A stretch of DNA of 64,000 nucleotides, taken from Candidatus Pacearchaeota archaeon (GTDB lineage: Archaea; Nanobdellota; Nanobdellia; Pacearchaeales; GW2011-AR1). Below, piece after piece: positions 52,070 through 60,048 of this stretch (positions are counted from its first letter, which is position 1; each line of letters opens with the position of its first letter). The stretch spans positions 2,403-66,402 of the forward strand of contig JAGVXI010000012.1 in the NCBI GenBank assembly GCA_018303855.1, read 5' to 3'. Both the position numbers and the translations under genes were made by a program. The notes beneath the pieces were generated by a model that saw nothing but the letters and a program-made list of their open reading frames with translations, made no database searches and was not told where the DNA came from.

Positions 52070-52663
52070 TTAACTGACTACATTAATATTGATTTTAATT
52101 GGAGTATCAGCAGGGGCTGATGGTTCTACACCATTATTTTCTAATTTTACTTTGTAGGGAATAGGAGCTTTTGTTATTGTTTTTGCTTCTACTTCTGAAT
52201 TGTCATACTGCAGGTTATATTTGTTTGTATAATCAAGAGTTAAGGTTACATCATAAACTTTGCTTCCTTTTTTTTCTGTAAGAATGTTAATATTCCCATC
52301 CTTAATTGTTCTTCCTGGCTCACTATACATGCTCTTACTTTCACTTAATGTAAAAATTATTGAATCAGAATTACTGTCAAATTTCAAATTTCCTTTTTTT
52401 ATTCCTATCTCAACTATCCTTGTATTTCCTTCTCCCCCTCTGGTAATCTCTGATACAACTGAATCAATATACCTCATAATCTCTATTGTTTGTTCAATTA
52501 CTGCCTGGTCCTGTACTTCTTGTATCTTTGGTTTAACAAATGCCAACGTTGTTCCGATTATAACCAGTCCAATTAGGGTGTAGATAACAGTTTCAACCCA
52601 AATCTGTGCAAGCTTATTCATAGCTTTAAAACCTCTTTTATATTTAATGCAAGAAGAACTCAT
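52070..52663 (-). CDS. pilin-like membrane-anchored protein
   Basis: KRGFKAMNKLAQIWVETVIYTLIGLVIIG N-terminal helix then beta-rich domain. Confidence 0.45.
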   Translation of the reverse strand: MSSSCIKYKRGFKAMNKLAQIWVETVIYTLIGLVIIGTTLAFVKPKIQEVQDQAVIEQTIEIMRYIDSVVSEITRGGEGNTRIVEIGIKKGNLKFDSNSDSIIFTLSESKSMYSEPGRTIKDGNINILTEKKGSKVYDVTLTLDYTNKYNLQYDNSEVEAKTITKAPIPYKVKLENNGVEPSAPADTPIKININVVS

Positions 52664-52696
52664 TTAAATAATTAATTGTTTAGGTTAAATCAAGGC

Positions 52697-53341
52697 TTAA
52701 GAAACAATTATTCCTGCAGCGCATTTTCCTATCTCAGAAGCTATGTCAACAACCCCGCAGTCTTGTCCATCTATGAACGCAGAAAGTTTTACTGATTCTG
52801 GCACATCAGTGAAGCTGAAAAATGGCAGGCTAGTGTCGACAATATATGTTTTTCCAGCATTTTTTCCAGGAAGTTCAAGAGGATTCCCAAAGTTAGTTCC
52901 TGCCCCTGAATTTTTAATAAAAATGGCAGATTGTCCATCAATTAATTCAAATCCTTTTGAATTTCCTTTTGACATAATAGAAACTCCAAATTTCTCAACT
53001 TCTATATTTTCAACATTTATTGAAACCTGAGTCATATCATTATATGTTCCATCACTCTGGTTCTGCCAGCAGGTATAAACTTTGTTTAACTTTATTTTAT
53101 CAAAAATATCTGAACAAGTTCCTGCCTGTTCTAAATTTCCTTTAATCATCTGGTTTATTACTGTCCAAATTATCCCTATTGCTACAACAACCAAAGTGAT
53201 TAGAATTAAAACGCTAATAACTCCTGATAAACCTTTTTTATCACAAAGTCCTTGTGTGTTTTTGTTTGGACTTTGTGGGACAGAAAACAAAAGACAATTG
53301 CTATGCAATTTGTTTTCTGTATAAACTGTTTTTTTGCCCAT
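52697..53341 (-). CDS. archaeal type IV pilin (class III signal, long leader)
   Basis: ...DKKG|LSGVISVLILITLVVVAIGIIW; start taken at Met15 (track ORF extends to 53383 and overlaps the upstream pilin gene). Confidence 0.55.
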   Translation of the reverse strand: MGKKTVYTENKLHSNCLLFSVPQSPNKNTQGLCDKKGLSGVISVLILITLVVVAIGIIWTVINQMIKGNLEQAGTCSDIFDKIKLNKVYTCWQNQSDGTYNDMTQVSINVENIEVEKFGVSIMSKGNSKGFELIDGQSAIFIKNSGAGTNFGNPLELPGKNAGKTYIVDTSLPFFSFTDVPESVKLSAFIDGQDCGVVDIASEIGKCAAGIIVS

Positions 53342-53342
53342 T

Positions 53343-53819
53343 TTACAACTCTTTTTCAACACCTGTTCGAGCATCGCAAACATAAGCAGTTTTTCCGTCT
53401 TCAGAACTTCCTAATAAAACAGGAATTATTAAAATCCTGTTAGCGTCTGTAAGTACCAGAGATATATCATCAGATGTCCAGCTTCCGCCTTGCCTTAATC
53501 CTCCTGCAGGCCAACTACTATCCAAATCTCTTATATCCTGCTCAGAATAATCCCCTCCCTCGTAAATTCTTATTTTTAATCCATAAAGAGGGGTATTTCC
53601 GTTAACTATACTCAACTTTCCGTTTGTATAAGTTACAGTAAAGCTTATGTCATCTTCGCAAACAAGTGCTATATTCTTTTCAAATTTTGTAACTGGTGTT
53701 TTAATTGTCATTCTAAACCATAAGAAAATGATCAATGCAATTGCCACAACTATTGCAATCAACAAAACAGTTGCAATAACAGGCGAAAGTCCCCTTTTCT
53801 TATTTATTCTTTTAAGCAT
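53343..53819 (-). CDS. archaeal type IV pilin (class III signal peptide)
   Basis: MLKRINKKRG|LSPVIATVLLIAIVVAIALIIF, the archaeal pilin N-terminal consensus (G-LSPVIATVLLIAI). Confidence 0.7.
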   Translation of the reverse strand: MLKRINKKRGLSPVIATVLLIAIVVAIALIIFLWFRMTIKTPVTKFEKNIALVCEDDISFTVTYTNGKLSIVNGNTPLYGLKIRIYEGGDYSEQDIRDLDSSWPAGGLRQGGSWTSDDISLVLTDANRILIIPVLLGSSEDGKTAYVCDARTGVEKEL

Positions 53820-53966
53820 TTTTATCTTTTTGTTAATATTTAAATCTGATTTATATTTATTAATCTTAATCTGTTTATGATGGTTAATCTGGTATTAGGC
53901 TTTTTACAATTAAAACTTTTTTGATTTTATTCTATTATATCAAGTTTACTTAGTTTTAAAATCTTT

Positions 53967-54503
53967 TTATATTGTAGCGCAGGTTATTTCTTCTTTTATT
54001 TTTCCTTCATCACAAGAAACAATCCTCTCAACTCTTTTTTCATCTATCTGGACTTTTGCTGGAATAATCTCAATTGAATGGATTGTTTGTGGGGCACCAG
54101 TTTCATCTACAACAAGAGCCATATTTATCTCTTTTTCTGCAGATTCTCTACCTGGTTTTAACAAACCTCCTCCAAATGAAACATATCCTGGATTTTGAGG
54201 TTGTACTATATTAACTAAATCAAAAGTTGCTGTTTCTTGATTAGGCTCAATTGTTGCTCTAATAAAATAACCATCAATATCGAATCTCCCGTTATTTTTT
54301 AGTTTGAAGATTAATTGATTCCCACTGCATTCAATCTGCGTCAGCATTAAAGAAGTTCCTTCAGGGCATTTTTGCATTCCTTCTCGTGGAATATTGACTT
54401 TTAAAAATTGATAGACTATTAAACTCATAACAACAGCAATGCTGATTAGTAGTATATAACTAATCATAATGCTTATCCCTTTTTTATTTTTCCTATTTAT
54501 CAT
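53967..54503 (-). CDS. archaeal type IV pilin-like protein
   Basis: MINRKNKKG|ISIMISYILLISIAVVMSLIVY. Confidence 0.6.
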   Translation of the reverse strand: MINRKNKKGISIMISYILLISIAVVMSLIVYQFLKVNIPREGMQKCPEGTSLMLTQIECSGNQLIFKLKNNGRFDIDGYFIRATIEPNQETATFDLVNIVQPQNPGYVSFGGGLLKPGRESAEKEINMALVVDETGAPQTIHSIEIIPAKVQIDEKRVERIVSCDEGKIKEEITCATI

Positions 54504-54652
54504 TGTTGATTTTTTGTTAGCTTTTATAAGGTATTTTTTATTTTCAAACCTTTAACTATAATTAATTTAATTTATATTACCAGCACCTGCTTTAATTGTT
54601 AACACTTGCTGGCTATTTAATCTTTCTTGATTTGGTTATGTTTTTTAATTTC

Positions 54653-55183
54653 TTAGCTTTTAGCAATGTATGTTTCTTCTCCAATATTCTGCAATATTAC
54701 AAAATAAAAGTTTTCACCAGGTTTTAAATTGAATTGATAGTCCACTTCTTTACCAGTCTGTTCATTTTCTATTTTTATAATAATATCAGTTTCTCCCCCA
54801 ACAGAAATTGTCTTTTTTTTATATGCATCTCCTTCTATTTTGATTTTTGGACTTCCTTCTCCAAGTGTTATGCTTATGCCCCCTAAAATAATTTCTTCAA
54901 ATGTTGCAATAGTTATTGTATCGGTATTTCCATAAGCAAAATACAAGTTTCTCCCCTCTTCTTTAGAATATTTATGGTAAAGCGTCGTGAAGTCTTCAAT
55001 TTTATTGTCATCACTGAATGTTCCATATTCCAAAACTTTTCCGCCTTCAAAACCCAACTCATCTTTCAAATTATAAATTTTAACATCAGATTTTCTTACA
55101 TAATTTTGCACAATAGCAAACCCAAGAATAATCGCAATAATCACAATTGCTGCTATAAGGTAAAACTGCCCCTTTTTTTGCAT
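54653..55183 (-). CDS. archaeal type IV pilin-like protein
   Basis: MQKKG|QFYLIAAIVIIAIILGFAIV. Confidence 0.6.
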   Translation of the reverse strand: MQKKGQFYLIAAIVIIAIILGFAIVQNYVRKSDVKIYNLKDELGFEGGKVLEYGTFSDDNKIEDFTTLYHKYSKEEGRNLYFAYGNTDTITIATFEEIILGGISITLGEGSPKIKIEGDAYKKKTISVGGETDIIIKIENEQTGKEVDYQFNLKPGENFYFVILQNIGEETYIAKS

Positions 55184-55279
55184 GATATACTTAACAAATC
55201 ACTTTTTATAAATCTTATCAATAACCAACTCTGTGCTAGCGCCGACGATAAAATAAATCATCAATGTTAAAAAATCTCA

Positions 55280-55560
55280 AAACTTCGGGACTTTTACTTG
55301 AAAAGTAGACCCGAAGGCTAGCCTCAAGATTATTAAAAAGCTTCCCTCATTCTTTCTCAGCTCTGCGACCCACCAAGCATCTTGACAAATGTTTAGGGCT
55401 GCTCCGATCAAAGTCTGACCCGTTTCGCATCTGCAAGATCGAAGTGGACAGAACCTCAACGTCCGAACAAGGACTTTTTAATCCACTTGTCACATACCTT
55501 CTTGCAGTCTGCCGTAAAGCCCGTTTGCAAACAGCGGAGGGCTAACCCGCTAACCTGGTC
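55280..55560 (-). ncRNA. candidate structured ncRNA, unidentified (SRP RNA and IS-associated RNA are untested possibilities)
   Basis: ~280-nt island at ~50% GC in ~30% GC DNA with no credible ORF; long-range complementarity on the minus strand (CUGCAAGA/UCUUGCAG, AAGUGGA/UCCACUU, GUCC/GGAC hairpin); 3' end is a GC stem-loop (55283-55316) followed by a U-tract. Confidence 0.4.
55283..55316 (-). terminator. intrinsic terminator-like hairpin plus U-tract at the candidate ncRNA 3' end
   Basis: cttcggg-acttttacttgaaaagtag-acccgaag stem-loop followed on the minus strand by UUUUGAGAUUUUUU. Confidence 0.3.
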
Positions 55561-55620
55561 TACATATTTCATAGAGGAAAATAGGTTTTTAAGATTATTG
55601 TTTTGGGGGAGTGTTAGGAA

Positions 55621-56850
55621 TTAGGGAGTTATCGTCATTTTCTCCTCTCCTGTTAAGTCACGGGAGTTTTGATGTTTAATTGATTGTAAAAGCATAGTTT
55701 CCCAAGCATTCCCGTTTATTCCAACTCCAACCTTATCCGCAGGAGTTAAGCCCTGTCTTGCGTTCTTTCTTACGAAGTTATGGAATACCTTAAAGCCATC
55801 TTGATATTCTTGAACGTTTGTTATTCCACGCCTTACTTTCTGAAACTCTTTTTGGTGTGAGTGATGGCTTTCTATCGCATTATTGTTTATTTCTTTCCTA
55901 TGCCCTTTAATTGATGTAAATTTAACCTTTCTTTCATTACCCCAATTTCTAAATGTCTTTCTAACTCCGTCTTGATAACCAGCATAACCATCAACTATAA
56001 TCTGAAATGGGATTTTTCCGTTTTGCTTATATGCTTCTTCCATAACTTTCTGTGCGTCTTTAGAACTTCTTGAACGCCCTGAACATTCAGACGCTAAAAG
56101 GAATTTACTTTTATTATCCATAACATTCCAAACATAATCAAAGTTTGTGTTCTGTTTATTTTTTCCACGCTTTGTTAAAACCAAAGTTTCGTCAGCGTTC
56201 CAAACTCCTTTTATTTGGGGTTGGATTGTCTTGCTGTATTTTTCCATAACTCTTGAAAATCTTAAAACCCATTCCCTTATTGTAACGTGGGAAATCTTTA
56301 GTCCATAGAACTGATTAAACTGATGGCTTATATCTCTATAAGACAAGCCCCTGTAATAACAATCCATAGCAAGACAAACGAGTTTAGTGTTTCCTTTGAT
56401 GTTCTTTATCGGGCTTAATACAAATCTCTTATGACAATTTCTACATTCATATCTTTGCTTTGTGCCTATCTTTGTTTTTCTTATTCCTGATTTCATTAGG
56501 TTTTCAGAGTTACATTCAGGGCATAAATCCTTTTGTGGTGTGTCTATGATTAACTCTATTTCTTGTTCTAATTCTGGTTTGACTTCATACTTCTGCTTTA
56601 TTCTTTGGAATAAAATTATTGCCTTTATGTGCTTACAATAAAGGTTTTTACCCTGACATCTTCTCTTAAAGTCCTCACATTCACAGGAATAAGCGTCTAT
56701 GTGGGTTACTCTATATTTCCTGTCTGAACTTTGAGAGGGAACTAAATAAGTAAATTCGTCAAGAGTTTCAGGGTTGCCTATCTCTAATATGGCTCTTGCC
56801 CTTTCTTCTCTTGTGTTTGAGAACTGCTTAATGTCTTGTGTGTTTTCCAT
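55621..56850 (-). CDS. IS6-family-like DDE transposase with N-terminal SWIM-type zinc-finger extension
   Basis: C-terminal ~230 aa parallel IS26/IS6 Tnp (SYRDIS...HVTIREWV..., WNADETLV, IIVDGYAGY, NNNAIESHHSHQK); N-terminal CECEDFKRRCQGKNLYCKHIKAI (CxC...CxH, SWIM) and CPEC...CRNCH. Confidence 0.8.
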   Translation of the reverse strand: MENTQDIKQFSNTREERARAILEIGNPETLDEFTYLVPSQSSDRKYRVTHIDAYSCECEDFKRRCQGKNLYCKHIKAIILFQRIKQKYEVKPELEQEIELIIDTPQKDLCPECNSENLMKSGIRKTKIGTKQRYECRNCHKRFVLSPIKNIKGNTKLVCLAMDCYYRGLSYRDISHQFNQFYGLKISHVTIREWVLRFSRVMEKYSKTIQPQIKGVWNADETLVLTKRGKNKQNTNFDYVWNVMDNKSKFLLASECSGRSRSSKDAQKVMEEAYKQNGKIPFQIIVDGYAGYQDGVRKTFRNWGNERKVKFTSIKGHRKEINNNAIESHHSHQKEFQKVRRGITNVQEYQDGFKVFHNFVRKNARQGLTPADKVGVGINGNAWETMLLQSIKHQNSRDLTGEEKMTITP

Positions 56851-56889
56851 ATAATACTATAATACTGATAGTATTTAAACACTATGGTA

Positions 56890-56913
56890 GTTCAGTATTA
56901 TATAATACAGAAC
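56890..56913. promoter_or_regulatory. 24-bp near-perfect palindrome upstream of the RHH gene (putative operator)
   Basis: gttcagtattatATaatacagaac, one mismatch, 37 nt upstream of ATG at 56950; further palindrome aatactgatagtatt at ~56858. Confidence 0.35.
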
Positions 56914-56949
56914 GTAAATGTTTATAAAGCGATAATACCATAATACTCT

Positions 56950-57087
56950 ATGGAAAGGAAGACAACAAGCATTAAGGTTAGTCCGCAGTTGTGGGAAGAT
57001 GTTAAGATATTCTGCATAAGGCAGAAGATAGATATTTCTGATTGGTTGGAGAAAATCATCAGGGAAAATTTGAAGAAATCTAAATAA
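56950..57087 (+). CDS. ribbon-helix-helix (CopG/Arc-like) small DNA-binding protein, 45 aa
   Basis: MERKTTSIKVSPQLWEDVKIFCIRQKIDISDWLEKIIRENL: beta strand then two helices, RHH pattern; below the ORF-track size cutoff. Confidence 0.5.
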   Translation: MERKTTSIKVSPQLWEDVKIFCIRQKIDISDWLEKIIRENLKKSK

Positions 57088-57178
57088 TTCTAAATTTTTA
57101 CCGAAAGTATTATAAGTATTACTTATATTATTAGTATTATTAATCATATTGATGTGATTAATATGTAAAGGTATAAAA

Positions 57179-59458
57179 ATGAAAAAGTCATATTCTAATT
57201 ATGAAAAGAGGGGCGGAAAAAAAAGGCAGATTAAGTGCAACAATAAACCCTCAAACCCTCAAAAAATTCAACGAATACTGCGACAAAAATTCCATAAACA
57301 AATCTCAATTATTAGAGAAGCAAATAATAAAAATTCTGAAAGAGGTGGGACTATGGCAAGAAAAATAAAAACCACTGAAGTTCTTTCATATAGGTTTATT
57401 CTCAATGAATTAGAAGCATTAGGTTGGAATATTAGCAATCCACTTTCCAATCCAGAGGGGCAAGTTTATACTCAAAGACAATGTTTAGACGATAAAAGAA
57501 TTCAAGAACAATTAAAAGGAATTCACCCTGAAAATGTTGTTAAACTTACTGAAAAAGAAGTTTATGTTATTGAAGCAAAAAAAGATAGGGAAATGGTTGA
57601 TAAAGCCATAGGGGAAGCAGAAAAAGATTACTCTGATAAAATAAATAAAAGTAGCAAAATAAAGGCAGTTATATGTTCAGGGGTGGGTGGAAATGAAATT
57701 GATGGGTATTTGGTTAAAAGTCAATTTTTAGAAAATGGGAAATGGAAAACTATTACAATAAATAAAAAAGAATTAACAGGGCTTGTTTCCCCCGAAATTG
57801 CTAAACTTCTTCTTGAACAGAAAAAGGCAGATATTGATGAAATACCTATTGATGAAAAATTATTTATGGAAACTGCCCAAAGAATAAATGCAATACTTCA
57901 TACTGGCGGAATAATAAGAGATTATAGGGCAAGAGTTATGGCTTGTTTATTATTGGCTTTATCAGAAGACGCAAAATTAAATCTAAATGAAAGCCCAGCA
58001 ATTTTAATAAATTCAATAAATGCAAGAGTTAATGCTGTTTTACAAAGAGAGGGGAAACCAAATTTTTACCAATATTTAGATATTGCATTGCCATCATCAA
58101 CAGAAAATCACGTTAAGTTTAAACAAGCATTGGTTTTAACAATTCAAGAATTACTTAACCTAAACATCCGTTCTGCTATGAACTCTGGAACAGATGTTCT
58201 TGGAAAGTTCTATGAGGCATTTTTAAAATATGGAAATGGGGCAAAAGAAATCGGGGTTGTTTTAACGCCAAGACATATAACCAAATTTTCAGCGGAAACT
58301 CTTGACATAAAAAAGAATGATTTAGTTTTAGATGTGGCTTGTGGAACGGGTGGTTTTCTTGTTTCCGCTTTTGATTATGTAAAAAAGAATTCAACCGAAG
58401 AAGAATTAAACATATTTAAGAAAAATAATATATTCGGAACAGAATTACTTGATGGTGTTGTTGCATTAGCTATTGTCAATATGATTTTTAGAGGAGATGG
58501 CAAAAACAATATTATGGGTGGAGATTGTTTCAAGTATTGGTATCACTTAATAAGAAAAAGAGATGGAACAAATACAGCCGATTTTATAGAAAATACAGAA
58601 AAGTATTATTATCCAGATAAAAAGAATAAAGATAAGAAAGAAGAAAGAATAAATCCAATAAGTAAAGTTTTAATGAACCCACCTTTTGCTTTAAAGACAA
58701 GTCAAGAAAAAGAGTATAAGTTTATTGAACACGCATTAAAGCAAATGAGAAAAGATGGTTTATTGTTTTCTGTTTTGCCAACGTCAAATATGGTTAAGGC
58801 AGGTGGTTATCTTAAATGGCGTAGAGATAGTTTGTTGAGGGAAAATACTCTTTTGGCAGTTATAACTTTCCCAAATGATTTGTTTTATCCGATTGGGGTT
58901 GAGAGTTGTGGGGTTTTTATTAAGAAAGGAAATCCACACCCAAAAGGACAAAAAGTTTTATGGGTTAAAATAAGAAATGATGGGTTTTTGAAAAGCAAAG
59001 GAAAGAGATTACCAAGCAATAAAATTAAAGATGAACTTGCAGAAGTAAAAGATTTAGTTAAAGATTTCCTAAAAAATCCAGAAACAAAGGTGGAAAATAA
59101 AAAAGAATTCCAAAAGGCGTGTGCGATAGATTTTGAGGATAAGAATTTGGAATTATTGCCAGAGGTTTATCTTGATGAGAAAAAACCAACAGATATAGAA
59201 TTAAAAAAGAGAATTGACAAAACAATAAGGGACGCAATTTCCTTAATGGTTAAGTTTGATACTTTCAAAGATTTCAAAATTAATGTGGATATATCGCAAG
59301 TTTTATCAAAACCAAAAAAAGTAAATAATACTAATTTTGTTGAAATCCCAATTACTGATTTATTTAAAACTCCTATTAAAACAGGACATTATCATAAAAG
59401 TAGTGCAACAGATGATGGACAAATTCCCCTTGTTTCTTGTGTTAGTGATAATGGGTGA
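57179..59458 (+). CDS. MmeI-like fused restriction-modification enzyme (N-terminal PD-ExK-like nuclease + gamma-class N6-adenine MTase), truncated by in-frame TGA
   Basis: MTase motif I LDVACGTGGFLVSAF, motif IV LMNPPFA; N-terminal EVYVIEAKKD (ExK). Likely real start at ATG 57353 (MARKIKT..., preceded by agaggtggg). Frame stays open for 131 codons past the TGA at 59456. Confidence 0.75.
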   Translation: MKKSYSNYEKRGGKKRQIKCNNKPSNPQKIQRILRQKFHKQISIIREANNKNSERGGTMARKIKTTEVLSYRFILNELEALGWNISNPLSNPEGQVYTQRQCLDDKRIQEQLKGIHPENVVKLTEKEVYVIEAKKDREMVDKAIGEAEKDYSDKINKSSKIKAVICSGVGGNEIDGYLVKSQFLENGKWKTITINKKELTGLVSPEIAKLLLEQKKADIDEIPIDEKLFMETAQRINAILHTGGIIRDYRARVMACLLLALSEDAKLNLNESPAILINSINARVNAVLQREGKPNFYQYLDIALPSSTENHVKFKQALVLTIQELLNLNIRSAMNSGTDVLGKFYEAFLKYGNGAKEIGVVLTPRHITKFSAETLDIKKNDLVLDVACGTGGFLVSAFDYVKKNSTEEELNIFKKNNIFGTELLDGVVALAIVNMIFRGDGKNNIMGGDCFKYWYHLIRKRDGTNTADFIENTEKYYYPDKKNKDKKEERINPISKVLMNPPFALKTSQEKEYKFIEHALKQMRKDGLLFSVLPTSNMVKAGGYLKWRRDSLLRENTLLAVITFPNDLFYPIGVESCGVFIKKGNPHPKGQKVLWVKIRNDGFLKSKGKRLPSNKIKDELAEVKDLVKDFLKNPETKVENKKEFQKACAIDFEDKNLELLPEVYLDEKKPTDIELKKRIDKTIRDAISLMVKFDTFKDFKINVDISQVLSKPKKVNNTNFVEIPITDLFKTPIKTGHYHKSSATDDGQIPLVSCVSDNG

Positions 59459-59854
59459 TTTGAAGCATTTATTGAAAGCCCAAATAAAATTAAGGTAAAA
59501 GACAAAAAGGGCAAGGAAAAAACAATAGAGATTAATCATAAAAATAATATAACAATCGCTTCTGATGGAACGCCTTTAACTTCCTTTTATCATTATTATG
59601 ATTTTACTGCAAAAGACAATGTGCTTATAGGTAAGCCAAAAGAAGATTATAGATTTACAACCTTACTTTTTATAACAACACAACTTAATGCTTTAAGGTG
59701 GCGTTTTTCTTATGGAAGAAAATGCTATGAAAATAAAGCCCACAAAGTAAAGATTTTCTTGCCAATGAAAGATAATAAGATAGATGAAGATTACATTGAA
59801 AATTTATTTAAGAATATAGAAAGTTGGGGAATTTTGGAGAAAATAATTGTTTAA
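59459..59854 (+). other. in-frame continuation (131 codons) of the RM gene after the TGA stop; probable detached C-terminal target-recognition segment
   Basis: Codons 59459-59851 are open in the same frame as 57179-59458; the track reports only the internal-Met ORF 59621-59854. Confidence 0.45.
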
Positions 59855-60048
59855 CTCCCGCCCCTTAACACCTTATTCATCTCCCGAAGACTTAACACTC
59901 CTTTGTTTTGGGTTTGGGGGTATAAGTTTGCGGGTTGATTAAATATATTATGGTAAGATGATTTACTGGCTTAAAATAAACGGTTATAACTTTTGAGTAT
60001 AGCGTAATATAGGCTAGATTATCTCAAGATTATTTTGTTTGTTTCACT

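Larger units (their letters stand above)
55608..59901. mobile_element. composite transposon (~4.3 kb): imperfect 21-bp TIRs, 10-bp target duplication, carrying transposase + RHH + RM genes
   Basis: Left end ggagtgttaggaattagggag (55608-55628); right end ctcccgaagacttaacactcc (59881-59901), whose RC ggagtgttaagtcttcgggag matches 17 of 21; both flanked by direct repeat ttgttttggg (55598-55607 and 59903-59912). Confidence 0.6.

Noticed and set aside
55277-55459. 60-aa ORF (MRFCPLRSCRCETGQ...) on the minus strand.
   Set aside because: Cys/Arg-rich composition reflects the GC-rich island of the candidate ncRNA; no start context; treated as non-coding.
55280-55560. RNase P RNA identity for the GC-rich ncRNA candidate.
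   Set aside because: Fragments resembling ACAGAACC and GUAAAGCCC occur on the plus strand but in the wrong order and orientation relative to P4 and CR motifs; no GGAAAGUCC P4 5' strand on either strand.
56948-56956. catagag/ctctatg near both ends of the transposase gene as candidate IS terminal repeats.
   Set aside because: Only 7 bp and the right copy overlaps the RHH start codon; the longer 21-bp TIR pair at 55608 and 59901 with a 10-bp target duplication explains the element better.
59456-59458. TGA recoding (code-25-like Gly, or Sec) as the explanation for the in-frame TGA in the RM gene.
   Set aside because: TGA terminates several well-defined genes here (rad50 at 25736, RNase J at 21555) with no open frame beyond; no SECIS-like hairpin noted; nonsense mutation or sequencing error is more likely.
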